From: Alphaproteobacteria bacterium
GTDB taxonomy: Bacteria > Pseudomonadota > Alphaproteobacteria > TMED109
DNA: 63,421 nt
NCBI GenBank assembly: GCA_029243935.1
Contig: JAQWRB010000031.1
Span: forward strand, 1-63,421
Direction of reading: 5' to 3'
The position numbers and the translations under genes were made by a program. The notes under the pieces are model-generated. The model was not told the DNA's origin, did not search any database, and was given only the letters and a program-made list of their open reading frames with translations. This document shows positions 23,448-33,684 of the stretch, piece by piece. Positions within the stretch are counted from its first letter, which is position 1. Every line of letters starts with the position of its first letter.

Positions 23448-24713
23448 CTAAGGCCTTACCTGTCCATTACCCCTTAGTTGGTACTTATATGTAGTTAATT
23501 GTTCCAATCCAACGGGGCCTCTTGCATGCAATCTTCCAGTAGCAATTCCCATTTCTGCCCCCATTCCAAATTCTCCTCCGTCTGCATATTGTGTTGAAGC
23601 ATTATGTAGAACTATGGCGCTATTTACCTCTTTAAGAAATATTTCAGCAGTTTGTTTATTATCTGTAATAATTGCATCTGTATGATTAGATCCAAACTTT
23701 TCAATATGCTTTATTGCATCAGAAACATTTTCAACAGTTTTAATTGAAAGTATTTTATCTAGATATTCTGTTTGCCAATCTTCTATTGTAGCATTCTTAA
23801 TGTTATGATTTAAAACTTTAATGTTTTTATCTGCTCTTATTTCACATCCTTGCTCAATAAGCTTATTTATTATATCTGGAAGAATATTAATTATTACATC
23901 TTTGTGACATAGTAATGTTTCAGTTGCACCACAAATACCTGTTCTCCTCATCTTTGCATTTAAAACAATATTTATAGCCATTTCCTTATTAGCATCTACA
24001 TCAATATAAGTGTGACACAAACCATCTAAGTGAGATAAAACTGGAATTTTACTGTCAATTTGAACTCTTTCTATTAAGGCTTTGCCACCACGAGGAATTA
24101 TGAGATTAACATATTTATGCATATTTAATAGTAAGCCAACAGCATCTCTATCAATAGTGTTCACCATATTGACACAATCTTCTGATAATTGTGATGATTT
24201 TAATCCATTTTTTATAGAGTTAATTATTGCTGAACTTGAATAAAAGCTTTCAGAGCCACCTCTTAAAATTATGCAATTACCTGACTTTAATGCTAATGTA
24301 CTAGCGTCTGCTGTTACATTAGGTCGAGATTCATATATTATACCAATAACTCCAATAGGAACCCTTGTTTGGCACATATCAATTCCGTTTGATGGTTTCC
24401 AACGTTTAATTTCAGAGCCAATAGGATCTTCTAGATTTATTATATTGTATACACCGCTAATTATATTGTCTAAGCGACTTTCATCTAAAAAAAGCCTATC
24501 TAGTAAAGCGTCTGAAATATTATTATTTTTTGCCATATCCATATCGATAATATTAGCTTCTAAAATCATTTTTTTATCTTTTTGAATATGTTTTGCTATT
24601 TTTTCTAAAGCTTCATTTTTAGCATGTGTTGTGGCATGAGATAATGTATTTGATGCTTTATAAGCTTTAAAGCAAATATCTTCAATATGACTAATCATCT
24701 CTTTTTTATGCAT
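23448..24713 (-). CDS. proA: gamma-glutamyl phosphate reductase
   Basis: 421 aa aldehyde-dehydrogenase-like protein with catalytic Cys context (ICGATETLL). Adjacent to proB. Confidence 0.95.
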   Translation of the reverse strand: MHKKEMISHIEDICFKAYKASNTLSHATTHAKNEALEKIAKHIQKDKKMILEANIIDMDMAKNNNISDALLDRLFLDESRLDNIISGVYNIINLEDPIGSEIKRWKPSNGIDMCQTRVPIGVIGIIYESRPNVTADASTLALKSGNCIILRGGSESFYSSSAIINSIKNGLKSSQLSEDCVNMVNTIDRDAVGLLLNMHKYVNLIIPRGGKALIERVQIDSKIPVLSHLDGLCHTYIDVDANKEMAINIVLNAKMRRTGICGATETLLCHKDVIINILPDIINKLIEQGCEIRADKNIKVLNHNIKNATIEDWQTEYLDKILSIKTVENVSDAIKHIEKFGSNHTDAIITDNKQTAEIFLKEVNSAIVLHNASTQYADGGEFGMGAEMGIATGRLHARGPVGLEQLTTYKYQLRGNGQVRP

Positions 24714-24729
24714 TTTATTATATTCTTTC

Positions 24730-26891
<2,162 letters not shown>

Positions 26892-26957
26892 TTATAAAAC
26901 CAATTTAATAGAGGTATATAAAATGTAAGGTTCAAAATTGCTTTTTAATAATTTTAT

Positions 26958-27212
26958 TTAGATACTCTCAACTCTAATTATTTTTCTTTTATTTAAACCG
27001 TGTAAAAAAGCAACTTTTCCATCTTTAAGGGCAAACAATGTATGATCTTTACCCATGCCCACGTTTTCTCCAGGATGAAACTTTGTTCCCCTTTGTCTAA
27101 CAATTATATTTCCTGCTCTAACAACTTCGCCACCATATTTTTTTACGCCAAGTCTTCTACCAGCGGAATCTCTTCCATTATTTGATGAGCCACCTGCTTT
27201 TTTATGTGCCAT
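26958..27212 (-). CDS. rpmA: 50S ribosomal protein L27
   Basis: [24 protein letters not shown] signature. Confidence 0.97.
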   Translation of the reverse strand: MAHKKAGGSSNNGRDSAGRRLGVKKYGGEVVRAGNIIVRQRGTKFHPGENVGMGKDHTLFALKDGKVAFLHGLNKRKIIRVESI

Positions 27213-27218
27213 TCTTAA

Positions 27219-27683
27219 TTACTCCTTTTTTGGTGCTTTTTTAGCTATTTTTTTTTCAGTAGTTTTAGTTTCTACTTTTTTAGCTTTTGTTGTTTTTGCA
27301 CTATCTTTTTTAACAGCAGTTTTAGTTTCTACTTTTTTAGCTTCAACTGTTTTTGCTACTGCAGCTTTTTTTAGATCTATAGATTTTATTCTTATCACTG
27401 TTAAGTCTTGTTTATGACCTTTTTTTCTTCTATAATTCTGTCTTCTTTTTTTCTTAAAAATAATAAGTTTAGGGCCTCTAGTTTGTTCTATAACTTCGCC
27501 GGTTACAGAAGCAGATTTTAGCTCAGCTTCTTCAATATGAATTTGCGAACCTTCTCCCATCATAACTATGTCATCAAAAGTTATTTTGCTACCACTTTCA
27601 CCTAGTATTTTTTCTACTAGGATAACGTCTCCTGCTGAAACTTTATATTGTTTTCCACCACTTTTTAACAATGCGTAATTCAT
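27219..27683 (-). CDS. rplU: 50S ribosomal protein L21 with Lys/Ala-rich C-terminal extension
   Basis: YALLKSGGKQYKVSAGD N-terminus. About 50 extra C-terminal residues of K/A/T/E repeats. Confidence 0.93.
   Translation of the reverse strand: MNYALLKSGGKQYKVSAGDVILVEKILGESGSKITFDDIVMMGEGSQIHIEEAELKSASVTGEVIEQTRGPKLIIFKKKRRQNYRRKKGHKQDLTVIRIKSIDLKKAAVAKTVEAKKVETKTAVKKDSAKTTKAKKVETKTTEKKIAKKAPKKE
27261..27343 (-). repeat. in-frame 57-bp direct repeat inside the rplU tail
   Basis: Identical 26-mers agttttagtttctacttttttagctt at 27261-27286 and 27318-27343. They encode the repeated AKKVETKT peptide. Confidence 0.7.
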
Positions 27684-27843
27684 ATTTTTTCCGAATATTT
27701 GTTATTAAACTACTAATTATATATTTTTGCACTTTAATATAAAAATTATTTTATCGCCATTAAAATAGTATATTATAATAGAAATGGAATATTATATGTT
27801 TGTTAAGGTTCTTACAAGAATTAATTGTTTTTTTTAATTATAA

Positions 27844-28170
27844 TTGGATAATTTTTTGTCACTTAGCTCTGAATTTATTGTTAATGCTTTTATTAAAACA
27901 GCAAGATTAAATATGCTTGATGCTTATATGGTAAGAAGAGGGGATAGCAAATCCGGTGAAATATTTCTAAGATTAAATAATTTGAGTGGGCAGTCTAAGA
28001 TTTACTCTTATAGAAAGGCTAATATTAAAAATTATTGGGAAGTTTATGGATCTGATACATGGCAAGAGGATAGTTTAATAAATGATAAAATTAAAAAAAT
28101 TATAAGCATTGATTCAGATATATGGGTATTAGAACTCGAAGATAAACAAGGGCGTTATCCAGATTTCTAA
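27844..28170 (+). CDS. DUF1491-like conserved alphaproteobacterial protein
   Basis: 108 aa. VRRGDSKSGEIFLRL and DSDIWVLELEDKQGR segments resemble DUF1491 as I recall it. TTG start. Confidence 0.5.
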   Translation: MDNFLSLSSEFIVNAFIKTARLNMLDAYMVRRGDSKSGEIFLRLNNLSGQSKIYSYRKANIKNYWEVYGSDTWQEDSLINDKIKKIISIDSDIWVLELEDKQGRYPDF

Positions 28171-28200
28171 GAGGAAGCTTATTCTTAATAAGTTTCCTCT
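28170..28200. terminator. bidirectional hairpin between convergent stop codons
   Basis: AGAGGAAGCTTATT-ctt-AATAAGTTTCCTCT: 14-bp stem (one G-U), 3-nt loop. It sits exactly between the TAA of the DUF1491 gene (28168-28170) and the TAA of the minus-strand relic ORF (28200-28202), and is T-rich on both flanks. Confidence 0.6.
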
Positions 28201-28544
28201 TATTCTTTCTTGAGATAAAAATTACTTATAGTGTTATTATCTGCAGAATTAGAAATAAATACATATTTGCCATCATAACTGAATATTGCTGCTTCAGGGT
28301 TATCAAAATTCTTAAGAATTTGTTTGACTACTGCTGGGGTAGAATGAACATTGGCATGCGTTTCAGACTTTGGTTTATATGAAGTATTAGCTTTTGTTTC
28401 AAATATTGCAAATAATATGAGAAGAGCAAGTAATATTATTGCCTAACTAAGTATTGATAGTGTTATTTTATCTCTTTTAGAGACTATTATTTTATCTTCA
28501 CGATTATATACATAAATTTTCCTTGATTTCCCAATATTTAAAAT
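28200..28544 (-). pseudogene. relic or non-canonically expressed small membrane-anchored protein ORF
   Basis: 81-codon frame (AIILLALLILFAIFETKAN...SNFYLKKE-TAA) with a hydrophobic anchor but no ATG/GTG/TTG. Upstream is a TAG (28443-28445) and 33 more in-frame codons reaching an ATT (28542-28544) that is 7 nt downstream of GAGG. Confidence 0.3.
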
Positions 28545-28560
28545 TTATATACCTCACTTT

Positions 28561-28582
28561 GAGAATGAGAATTATTCTCATT
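28561..28582. promoter_or_regulatory. Fur-family-type operator (hexamer array / 9-1-9 palindrome) overlapping a TTGACT hexamer
   Basis: GAGAAT GAGAAT T ATTCTC (28561-28579) matches the E. coli Fur consensus GATAATGATAATCATTATC at 15 of 19 positions by my count. AATGAGAAT-T-ATTCTCATT (28564-28582) is a perfect palindrome. TTGACT lies at 28581-28586, followed by TATAAT hexamers at 28594 and 28601. Confidence 0.5.
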
Positions 28583-28765
28583 GACTTGGTAAATATAATA
28601 TATAATAAAGAGTGAGGAGGTGCTATAATGTTTCCCAAAAACATTTATATCATCACTTCTTCATTATTCTAGGGAGCTTAATTAATAGTACCTCCTAATT
28701 GAGCACTCTAGAATTGATTTAAGGTTTTTGTTTGTAAAATATTTGACTTCCTGCATTTACGTTAC

Positions 28766-28796
28766 TACCTATTTTAGAATGATTCTAAAATAGGTA
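28766..28796. promoter_or_regulatory. perfect 14-3-14 palindrome with Irr ICE-box core, upstream of the peroxiredoxin gene
   Basis: TACCTATTTTAGAA-TGA-TTCTAAAATAGGTA. The core TTTAGAA-N3-TTCTAAA equals the iron control element consensus described for Bradyrhizobium Irr. It ends 45 nt before ATG 28842, and a TAGAAT -10-like hexamer (28775-28780) lies inside it. Confidence 0.5.
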
Positions 28797-28841
28797 ACTA
28801 TTAGTTGAGTTGTTTTTATTATTTGAATTAGGGAGATTATT

Positions 28842-29387
28842 ATGACTATAGGAAAAAAATTACCTGAGAATATTGTTTTTCATGTAAGACATAGAGATGA
28901 GTCTATAGGTGGAGAAAACCCATATAAATGGAAAGAAATTACAACAGCAGATTACTTTAATAATAAAAGAATTCTTTTATTTTCTTTGCCCGGCGCATTT
29001 ACGCCTACCTGTTCTACTTATCAATTACCAGGTTTTGAAAAACATTATGATGCAATTAAAAAACATGGAATTAATGAGATATATTGTATATCTGTAAACG
29101 ATTCTTTTGTAATGAATAAATGGGCACAAGATCAACATATAAGGAATGTAAAAGTTATAGCTGATGGGTCTGCATTATTTACTAATTATATGAATATGTT
29201 GGTTTTAAAGGATAATCTTAGTTTTGGTCAAAGATCTTGGAGATATGCAGCTATAATTAATAATGGTGTTGTTGAAAAATTGTGGGAAGAGCCAGGTAAA
29301 ATGGATAATTGTCTTGATGACCCATATGGTGAAACAAGTCCAGAAAAAATATTACAGGATATAAAAAACAATTCAATTAATGCATAA
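28842..29387 (+). CDS. peroxiredoxin, Prx5/PrxD-like (AhpC/TSA family)
   Basis: PGAFTPTCS peroxidatic Cys motif. GGGAGA SD 5 nt upstream. 181 aa. Confidence 0.9.
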   Translation: MTIGKKLPENIVFHVRHRDESIGGENPYKWKEITTADYFNNKRILLFSLPGAFTPTCSTYQLPGFEKHYDAIKKHGINEIYCISVNDSFVMNKWAQDQHIRNVKVIADGSALFTNYMNMLVLKDNLSFGQRSWRYAAIINNGVVEKLWEEPGKMDNCLDDPYGETSPEKILQDIKNNSINA

Positions 29388-29404
29388 ATTAATGTATAAA
29401 AATG

Positions 29405-29450
29405 TAGAGATATTTAGAAACATAAAAATTTCTGGATATCTCTAATTTTT
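29405..29450 (+). terminator. rho-independent terminator-like hairpin after the peroxiredoxin gene
   Basis: TAGAGATAT...ATATCTCTA outer stem with a partly paired inner arm (TTAGAAA/TTTCTGG), followed by ATTTTT. Confidence 0.5.
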
Positions 29451-29493
29451 AAGTTCATATTAATAATAATCAATAAATATATATTATAATTGT

Positions 29494-31098
29494 ATGGGTT
29501 TAAAAATGAGAAATACACATTTTCCGGGCAGATCTCCAATATATTCTTTAGATGGAATGGTTGCAACATCACATCCTTTAGCCACAAAAGCAGCTATAGA
29601 TAAATTATCTCAAGGTGGAAATGCTATTGATGCTGCTATTACCGCAGCATCTGTTCTTGCTGTAGTTGAACCCCATTCTACAGGAGTTGGAGGAGATCTT
29701 TTTTGTCTTTATTGTCCAAGTAATACAAATGAAGTTATAGCAATGAATGCATCGGGACGAGCTCCAGAAGCAGTATCTTTAGGAAAGTTAGAAAGTTTGG
29801 GAGTAAAGGAGAGTATACCATTTCAAAGTCCGCATGCGGTAACTATTCCAACAGGCGTCGCTGGATGGATAAAATTAATAGAAGATCATGGTTCTTTACC
29901 TATAAAAGAAATACTTAAACCTGCTATTCATTATGCAAAGGAAGGTTATATGGTTGCAGATGTAATAGCTGATATTTGGGAAAAAGAAGTTATAAAATTG
30001 TCCACAGACCAAGATTGTAAAAATTTATTTTTACCTAAGAATGAATTTTTAAAAGCAGGTGATGTGCATTATCAATTAAATTTAGCCGAGACTCTAAAAA
30101 GAATTGGGGAAGAGGGAAGAGCTGGTTTTTATGAAGGTGATATTGCAAAAGATATGGTTAAAAAACTTAATTCTATGGGGGGTCTACACACTATGAATGA
30201 TTTTGCTTTAGCTGAAGCAAATTATGTTGACCCAATATCTGCAAATTATAGAGAAGCTCAAATATTTGAATGTCCTCCTAATGGTCAGGGGGTTATAGCA
30301 TTGATGATTATGAGAATATTAGAAGGTTTTGATTTTAGTGAAATGGAGCCAACTTCTGCTTTAAGAATACATCTTCAAGCTGAAGCCACTAAGATTGCTT
30401 ATAGTCATAGGAATCATTATTTAGCTGATCCAGAATTTTCTCATATACCTTCAGAGGAATTACTATCTGAGAAATATATACAGAGTCTTAGAAGTCTAAT
30501 TAAACTCGATACTTGCATACAGGGGTCCTATAAGCCTGATATGCCCAGACATCCAAATACCGTATATATATCTGTAGTGGATAAAAATAAAAATGCTGTC
30601 TCATTAATTAATTCTATCTTTCACTCTTTTGGAAGCGGAATACTTTCCCCTGAATCAGGAGTTTTGTTTCAAAATAGAGGGGCTAGCTTTGTATTAGATC
30701 CTTCTCATCCTAATGTAATAGAGGCCAGAAAAAGACCTATGCATACTATAATTCCTGCTTTAGCTAAAAAAGAAGGTAAGCCTTTCTTATCTTTTGGGGT
30801 AATGGGTGGTCATTATCAACCTATGGGACAAGCTCATGTACTTTCTAATATTATAGATTATAATATGGATCCTCAAGCAAGCCTTGATTGTCCAAGAAGC
30901 TTTTATTTTGATGGAGTATTAGAATGTGAAAAAGGTATATCAAATGAGGTAAATAAACTACTAGAATTAAAGGGACATAAAGTGGAAGTTTGTGAGTTAC
31001 CTCATGGAGGTGGACAAGTTATTCAATATAATCATGAAAACTCTTCATTAATTGGTGGTTCAGATTCTAGAAAAGATGGTTGTGCTTTAGGCTTATAG
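29494..31098 (+). CDS. ggt: gamma-glutamyltransferase family protein
   Basis: 534 aa. Autoprocessing/nucleophile context HPNTVYISVVDKNKNAVSLINSIFHSFGSG, plus GVMGG and GGSDSRKDG motifs. No obvious signal peptide; alternative start at ATG 29506. Confidence 0.85.
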   Translation: MGLKMRNTHFPGRSPIYSLDGMVATSHPLATKAAIDKLSQGGNAIDAAITAASVLAVVEPHSTGVGGDLFCLYCPSNTNEVIAMNASGRAPEAVSLGKLESLGVKESIPFQSPHAVTIPTGVAGWIKLIEDHGSLPIKEILKPAIHYAKEGYMVADVIADIWEKEVIKLSTDQDCKNLFLPKNEFLKAGDVHYQLNLAETLKRIGEEGRAGFYEGDIAKDMVKKLNSMGGLHTMNDFALAEANYVDPISANYREAQIFECPPNGQGVIALMIMRILEGFDFSEMEPTSALRIHLQAEATKIAYSHRNHYLADPEFSHIPSEELLSEKYIQSLRSLIKLDTCIQGSYKPDMPRHPNTVYISVVDKNKNAVSLINSIFHSFGSGILSPESGVLFQNRGASFVLDPSHPNVIEARKRPMHTIIPALAKKEGKPFLSFGVMGGHYQPMGQAHVLSNIIDYNMDPQASLDCPRSFYFDGVLECEKGISNEVNKLLELKGHKVEVCELPHGGGQVIQYNHENSSLIGGSDSRKDGCALGL

Positions 31099-32088
31099 GT
31101 TTGGGTCTATATAACAACCAGCTTGAATTGCTTTAGCTTTAACTTTTTCATATATTTTGTCTATGGTAGGAGTAGGAATATTTACTATTTTTCCTGCTTC
31201 AGAAACTGATTTTGTTAAAGCGTCAATTTCCATAGGTCTTCCTAATTCTAAATCTTGTAGTGTAGAGGTTTTATGAGCTCCAACATTTCTTGTTCCATCT
31301 ATACGTTTTTCTAAACTTATAGGAAAATTTACACCTAATGCTTCTGCAACTTTTTGTCCTTCTAACATCATTTTTTTAACGATGGCACATGAAGCTTCAT
31401 TATTTGCTATACCCTCTAATGTGTCACCTGTTAAGGCACTCATGGGATTAAAGGCTAAATTGCCCCATAGTTTCATCCATATATCATCACGTATTTTTTT
31501 TCTTACTGGAGATTTTAATCCTGCTTGAATCAATATTTTGGATAAAATTTTTGCTCTATCTGATATAGATCCATCAGGTTCTCCAATAGGAAATCTATCA
31601 CCTTCTATATGATAGACATGTCCCGGTGCTTTAATTTCTGCCGCAGGATATACTACACAACCTAGACTTCTTTCTGGTGAAATATAGTCCCACTGTAAAT
31701 TTTTTGGATCAACTGATTTTAATCTCATATTTTCATATTGATTATTACTTTTATAAAAGTACCACCAAGGCAAGCCATTGACAGCTGATACTACTGTTGT
31801 ATTTTCTTTTAGTAAAGGTGATAGCATATTAGCAGTTAGTGCTGCAGAATGGGCTTTTAAAGTCACTATAATAAAGTCCTGCTTTTCTAAATCTTTTGGG
31901 TTATCTGTTGCTAAAGGTTTACAAAAATATTCTGTGTCAGATTCGGCACTTTGCATTAATAAGCCGTTATTTTGAATAGCGTTTAAGTGTTCTCCTCTAC
32001 AAATCAAAGATACATTTATTCTGCTTTGCATTAATAAGGCTCCAATATAACTTCCAATGGCCCCAGAACCAAATATACAGATATTCAT
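31093..32088 (-). CDS. 2-dehydropantoate 2-reductase (ApbA/PanE) family oxidoreductase
   Basis: N-terminal ICIFGSGAIGSYIG Rossmann motif, 331 aa, KPR-family C-terminal helical domain. The physiological substrate cannot be inferred. Confidence 0.75.
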   Translation of the reverse strand: MNICIFGSGAIGSYIGALLMQSRINVSLICRGEHLNAIQNNGLLMQSAESDTEYFCKPLATDNPKDLEKQDFIIVTLKAHSAALTANMLSPLLKENTTVVSAVNGLPWWYFYKSNNQYENMRLKSVDPKNLQWDYISPERSLGCVVYPAAEIKAPGHVYHIEGDRFPIGEPDGSISDRAKILSKILIQAGLKSPVRKKIRDDIWMKLWGNLAFNPMSALTGDTLEGIANNEASCAIVKKMMLEGQKVAEALGVNFPISLEKRIDGTRNVGAHKTSTLQDLELGRPMEIDALTKSVSEAGKIVNIPTPTIDKIYEKVKAKAIQAGCYIDPNL

Positions 32089-33623
32089 TTTTTTTTTATT
32101 CCTAGTTTTTTATACAAGCCTATACGTTGTAATTTGCCAGTTGCACCTTTAGGTATAGAATCAATAATTAATATTTTTCTAGGAATTTTAAATTTTGTTA
32201 ATCTATTTTTACAATAAGCTTTCAAATCATCTTCTTTTATCATTGCATTATCTTTAAGAACAACAGCGGCATAAAGGTCTTCTCCTAGTTTCTCGTGCGG
32301 TAAAGAAAAAGCAACAGCTTGCTGTATACCTTCATGATCCATTAATATTTCATCAATTTCTTGAGGACTTATTTTTTCCCCACCTCTATTAATAATTTCT
32401 TTTAATCTTCCTGTAATTATAAGGTAACCATCTTTGTCAAAGGTTCCTTCATCACCAGTTAGAAACCAACCATCTAAAAAACTTTCAGTATTAGCTTTTG
32501 GATTATTTATATAGCCTTTAGTAACATTTTCACCTTTAATAATTATTTGTCCTGGAATATTTCTATTATTTTGATCATTATTAATAATCTTACCTTTACA
32601 TAGTAATGCAACTTCTGGACCTGCGGCTAAACCCACAGAACCAGACTTTCTTATACTTGGAGGAAGAGGGTTTGATGTCATTTGATGTGTGGCTTCAGTC
32701 ATACCATAGGATTCAATAACACAGGTATTAAAGGTTTGTTCTAAATTTTTCATGACTATAGATGGAAGGGAGGCAGAAGATGATCTAATAAACTTAAGTG
32801 GATTATTTTTGATAGTTTCTATATTACGAGGAGCTCTACTTAGGATAGCTTGATGCATAGTAGGAACAGCAGTGTACCAAGTAGGTTTAAATTCTTCTAT
32901 CCATCTAAAAAATTTTAGAGCATCAAAACCTGAAGGAGTTATAATTGATCCAGATTGGTATATAGGAGCTAAAATAGCAGCTATAAGGCCATGTATATGA
33001 AACATTGGCATAATATTTAAACATTTATCATTTTCGTTTAAATTTAAAGTGGCAGAAATATTTCTTGCAGATGCCATTAAATTTTTATGTGTGAGCGGAA
33101 CCATTTTAGGTCTTGATGTTGTCCCAGAAGTATGAAGTATCATAGCGGCATCATCTTGATTTATACTTGGAAAATAAGATTCAATATTTGCATCTATTTC
33201 AACATCTAGCTTTATAAAATCTGATGTTGTTTTTGTTTTTAAATTAATAATTCTAATATCTAATTCTTTAGCAGCTTCTCTAGCGTTAACTAATTGGTTT
33301 TCTTCAATTATTACTGCTTTAACTTTTAAATCATCATAATAGAATTTAAACTCTTCTTTAGTAAATGATGGGTTTAATGGACAAGAAGTATAGTTAGAGG
33401 CAATGGCAATAAATGTAGAAGCCATAGCTGATCCATTTCCTAAGGCTATAGCTATTCTTTCTCCTTTTTGTATATTTAAAGAAGATAATTGATTAAAAGT
33501 TTTATCAATATAATTTAAAAGTTCACCATAGGTAATTGCAGACTCATCTGGAGATTGAATAAAAATATTATTTTTATTAATAGACATAATTAAATTATAT
33601 AAAGTATTTTTTATTAAGGTCAT
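32085..33623 (-). CDS. AMP-dependent acyl-CoA synthetase/ligase (Pcs60/AAE3-like)
   Basis: LHTSGTTSRPKMVPLTHKNL, GWFLTGDEG, GRLKEIINRGGEKISPQEID adenylate-forming motifs. ATGA overlap with the downstream reductase gene. Confidence 0.85.
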   Translation of the reverse strand: MTLIKNTLYNLIMSINKNNIFIQSPDESAITYGELLNYIDKTFNQLSSLNIQKGERIAIALGNGSAMASTFIAIASNYTSCPLNPSFTKEEFKFYYDDLKVKAVIIEENQLVNAREAAKELDIRIINLKTKTTSDFIKLDVEIDANIESYFPSINQDDAAMILHTSGTTSRPKMVPLTHKNLMASARNISATLNLNENDKCLNIMPMFHIHGLIAAILAPIYQSGSIITPSGFDALKFFRWIEEFKPTWYTAVPTMHQAILSRAPRNIETIKNNPLKFIRSSSASLPSIVMKNLEQTFNTCVIESYGMTEATHQMTSNPLPPSIRKSGSVGLAAGPEVALLCKGKIINNDQNNRNIPGQIIIKGENVTKGYINNPKANTESFLDGWFLTGDEGTFDKDGYLIITGRLKEIINRGGEKISPQEIDEILMDHEGIQQAVAFSLPHEKLGEDLYAAVVLKDNAMIKEDDLKAYCKNRLTKFKIPRKILIIDSIPKGATGKLQRIGLYKKLGIKKK

Positions 33624-33684
33624 ATTTTACAAATATTGGTTATTAATTTATAATTTCATATTATATTAAGTTAAAGGAAATTCA

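Noticed and set aside
28743-28748. Second TTGACT hexamer as the -35 of the prx promoter
   Set aside because: The hexamer at the optimal 17-nt spacing is TACCTA, a poor -10. The good TAGAAT hexamer is 26 nt away. The promoter assignment is left open and not reported as a feature.
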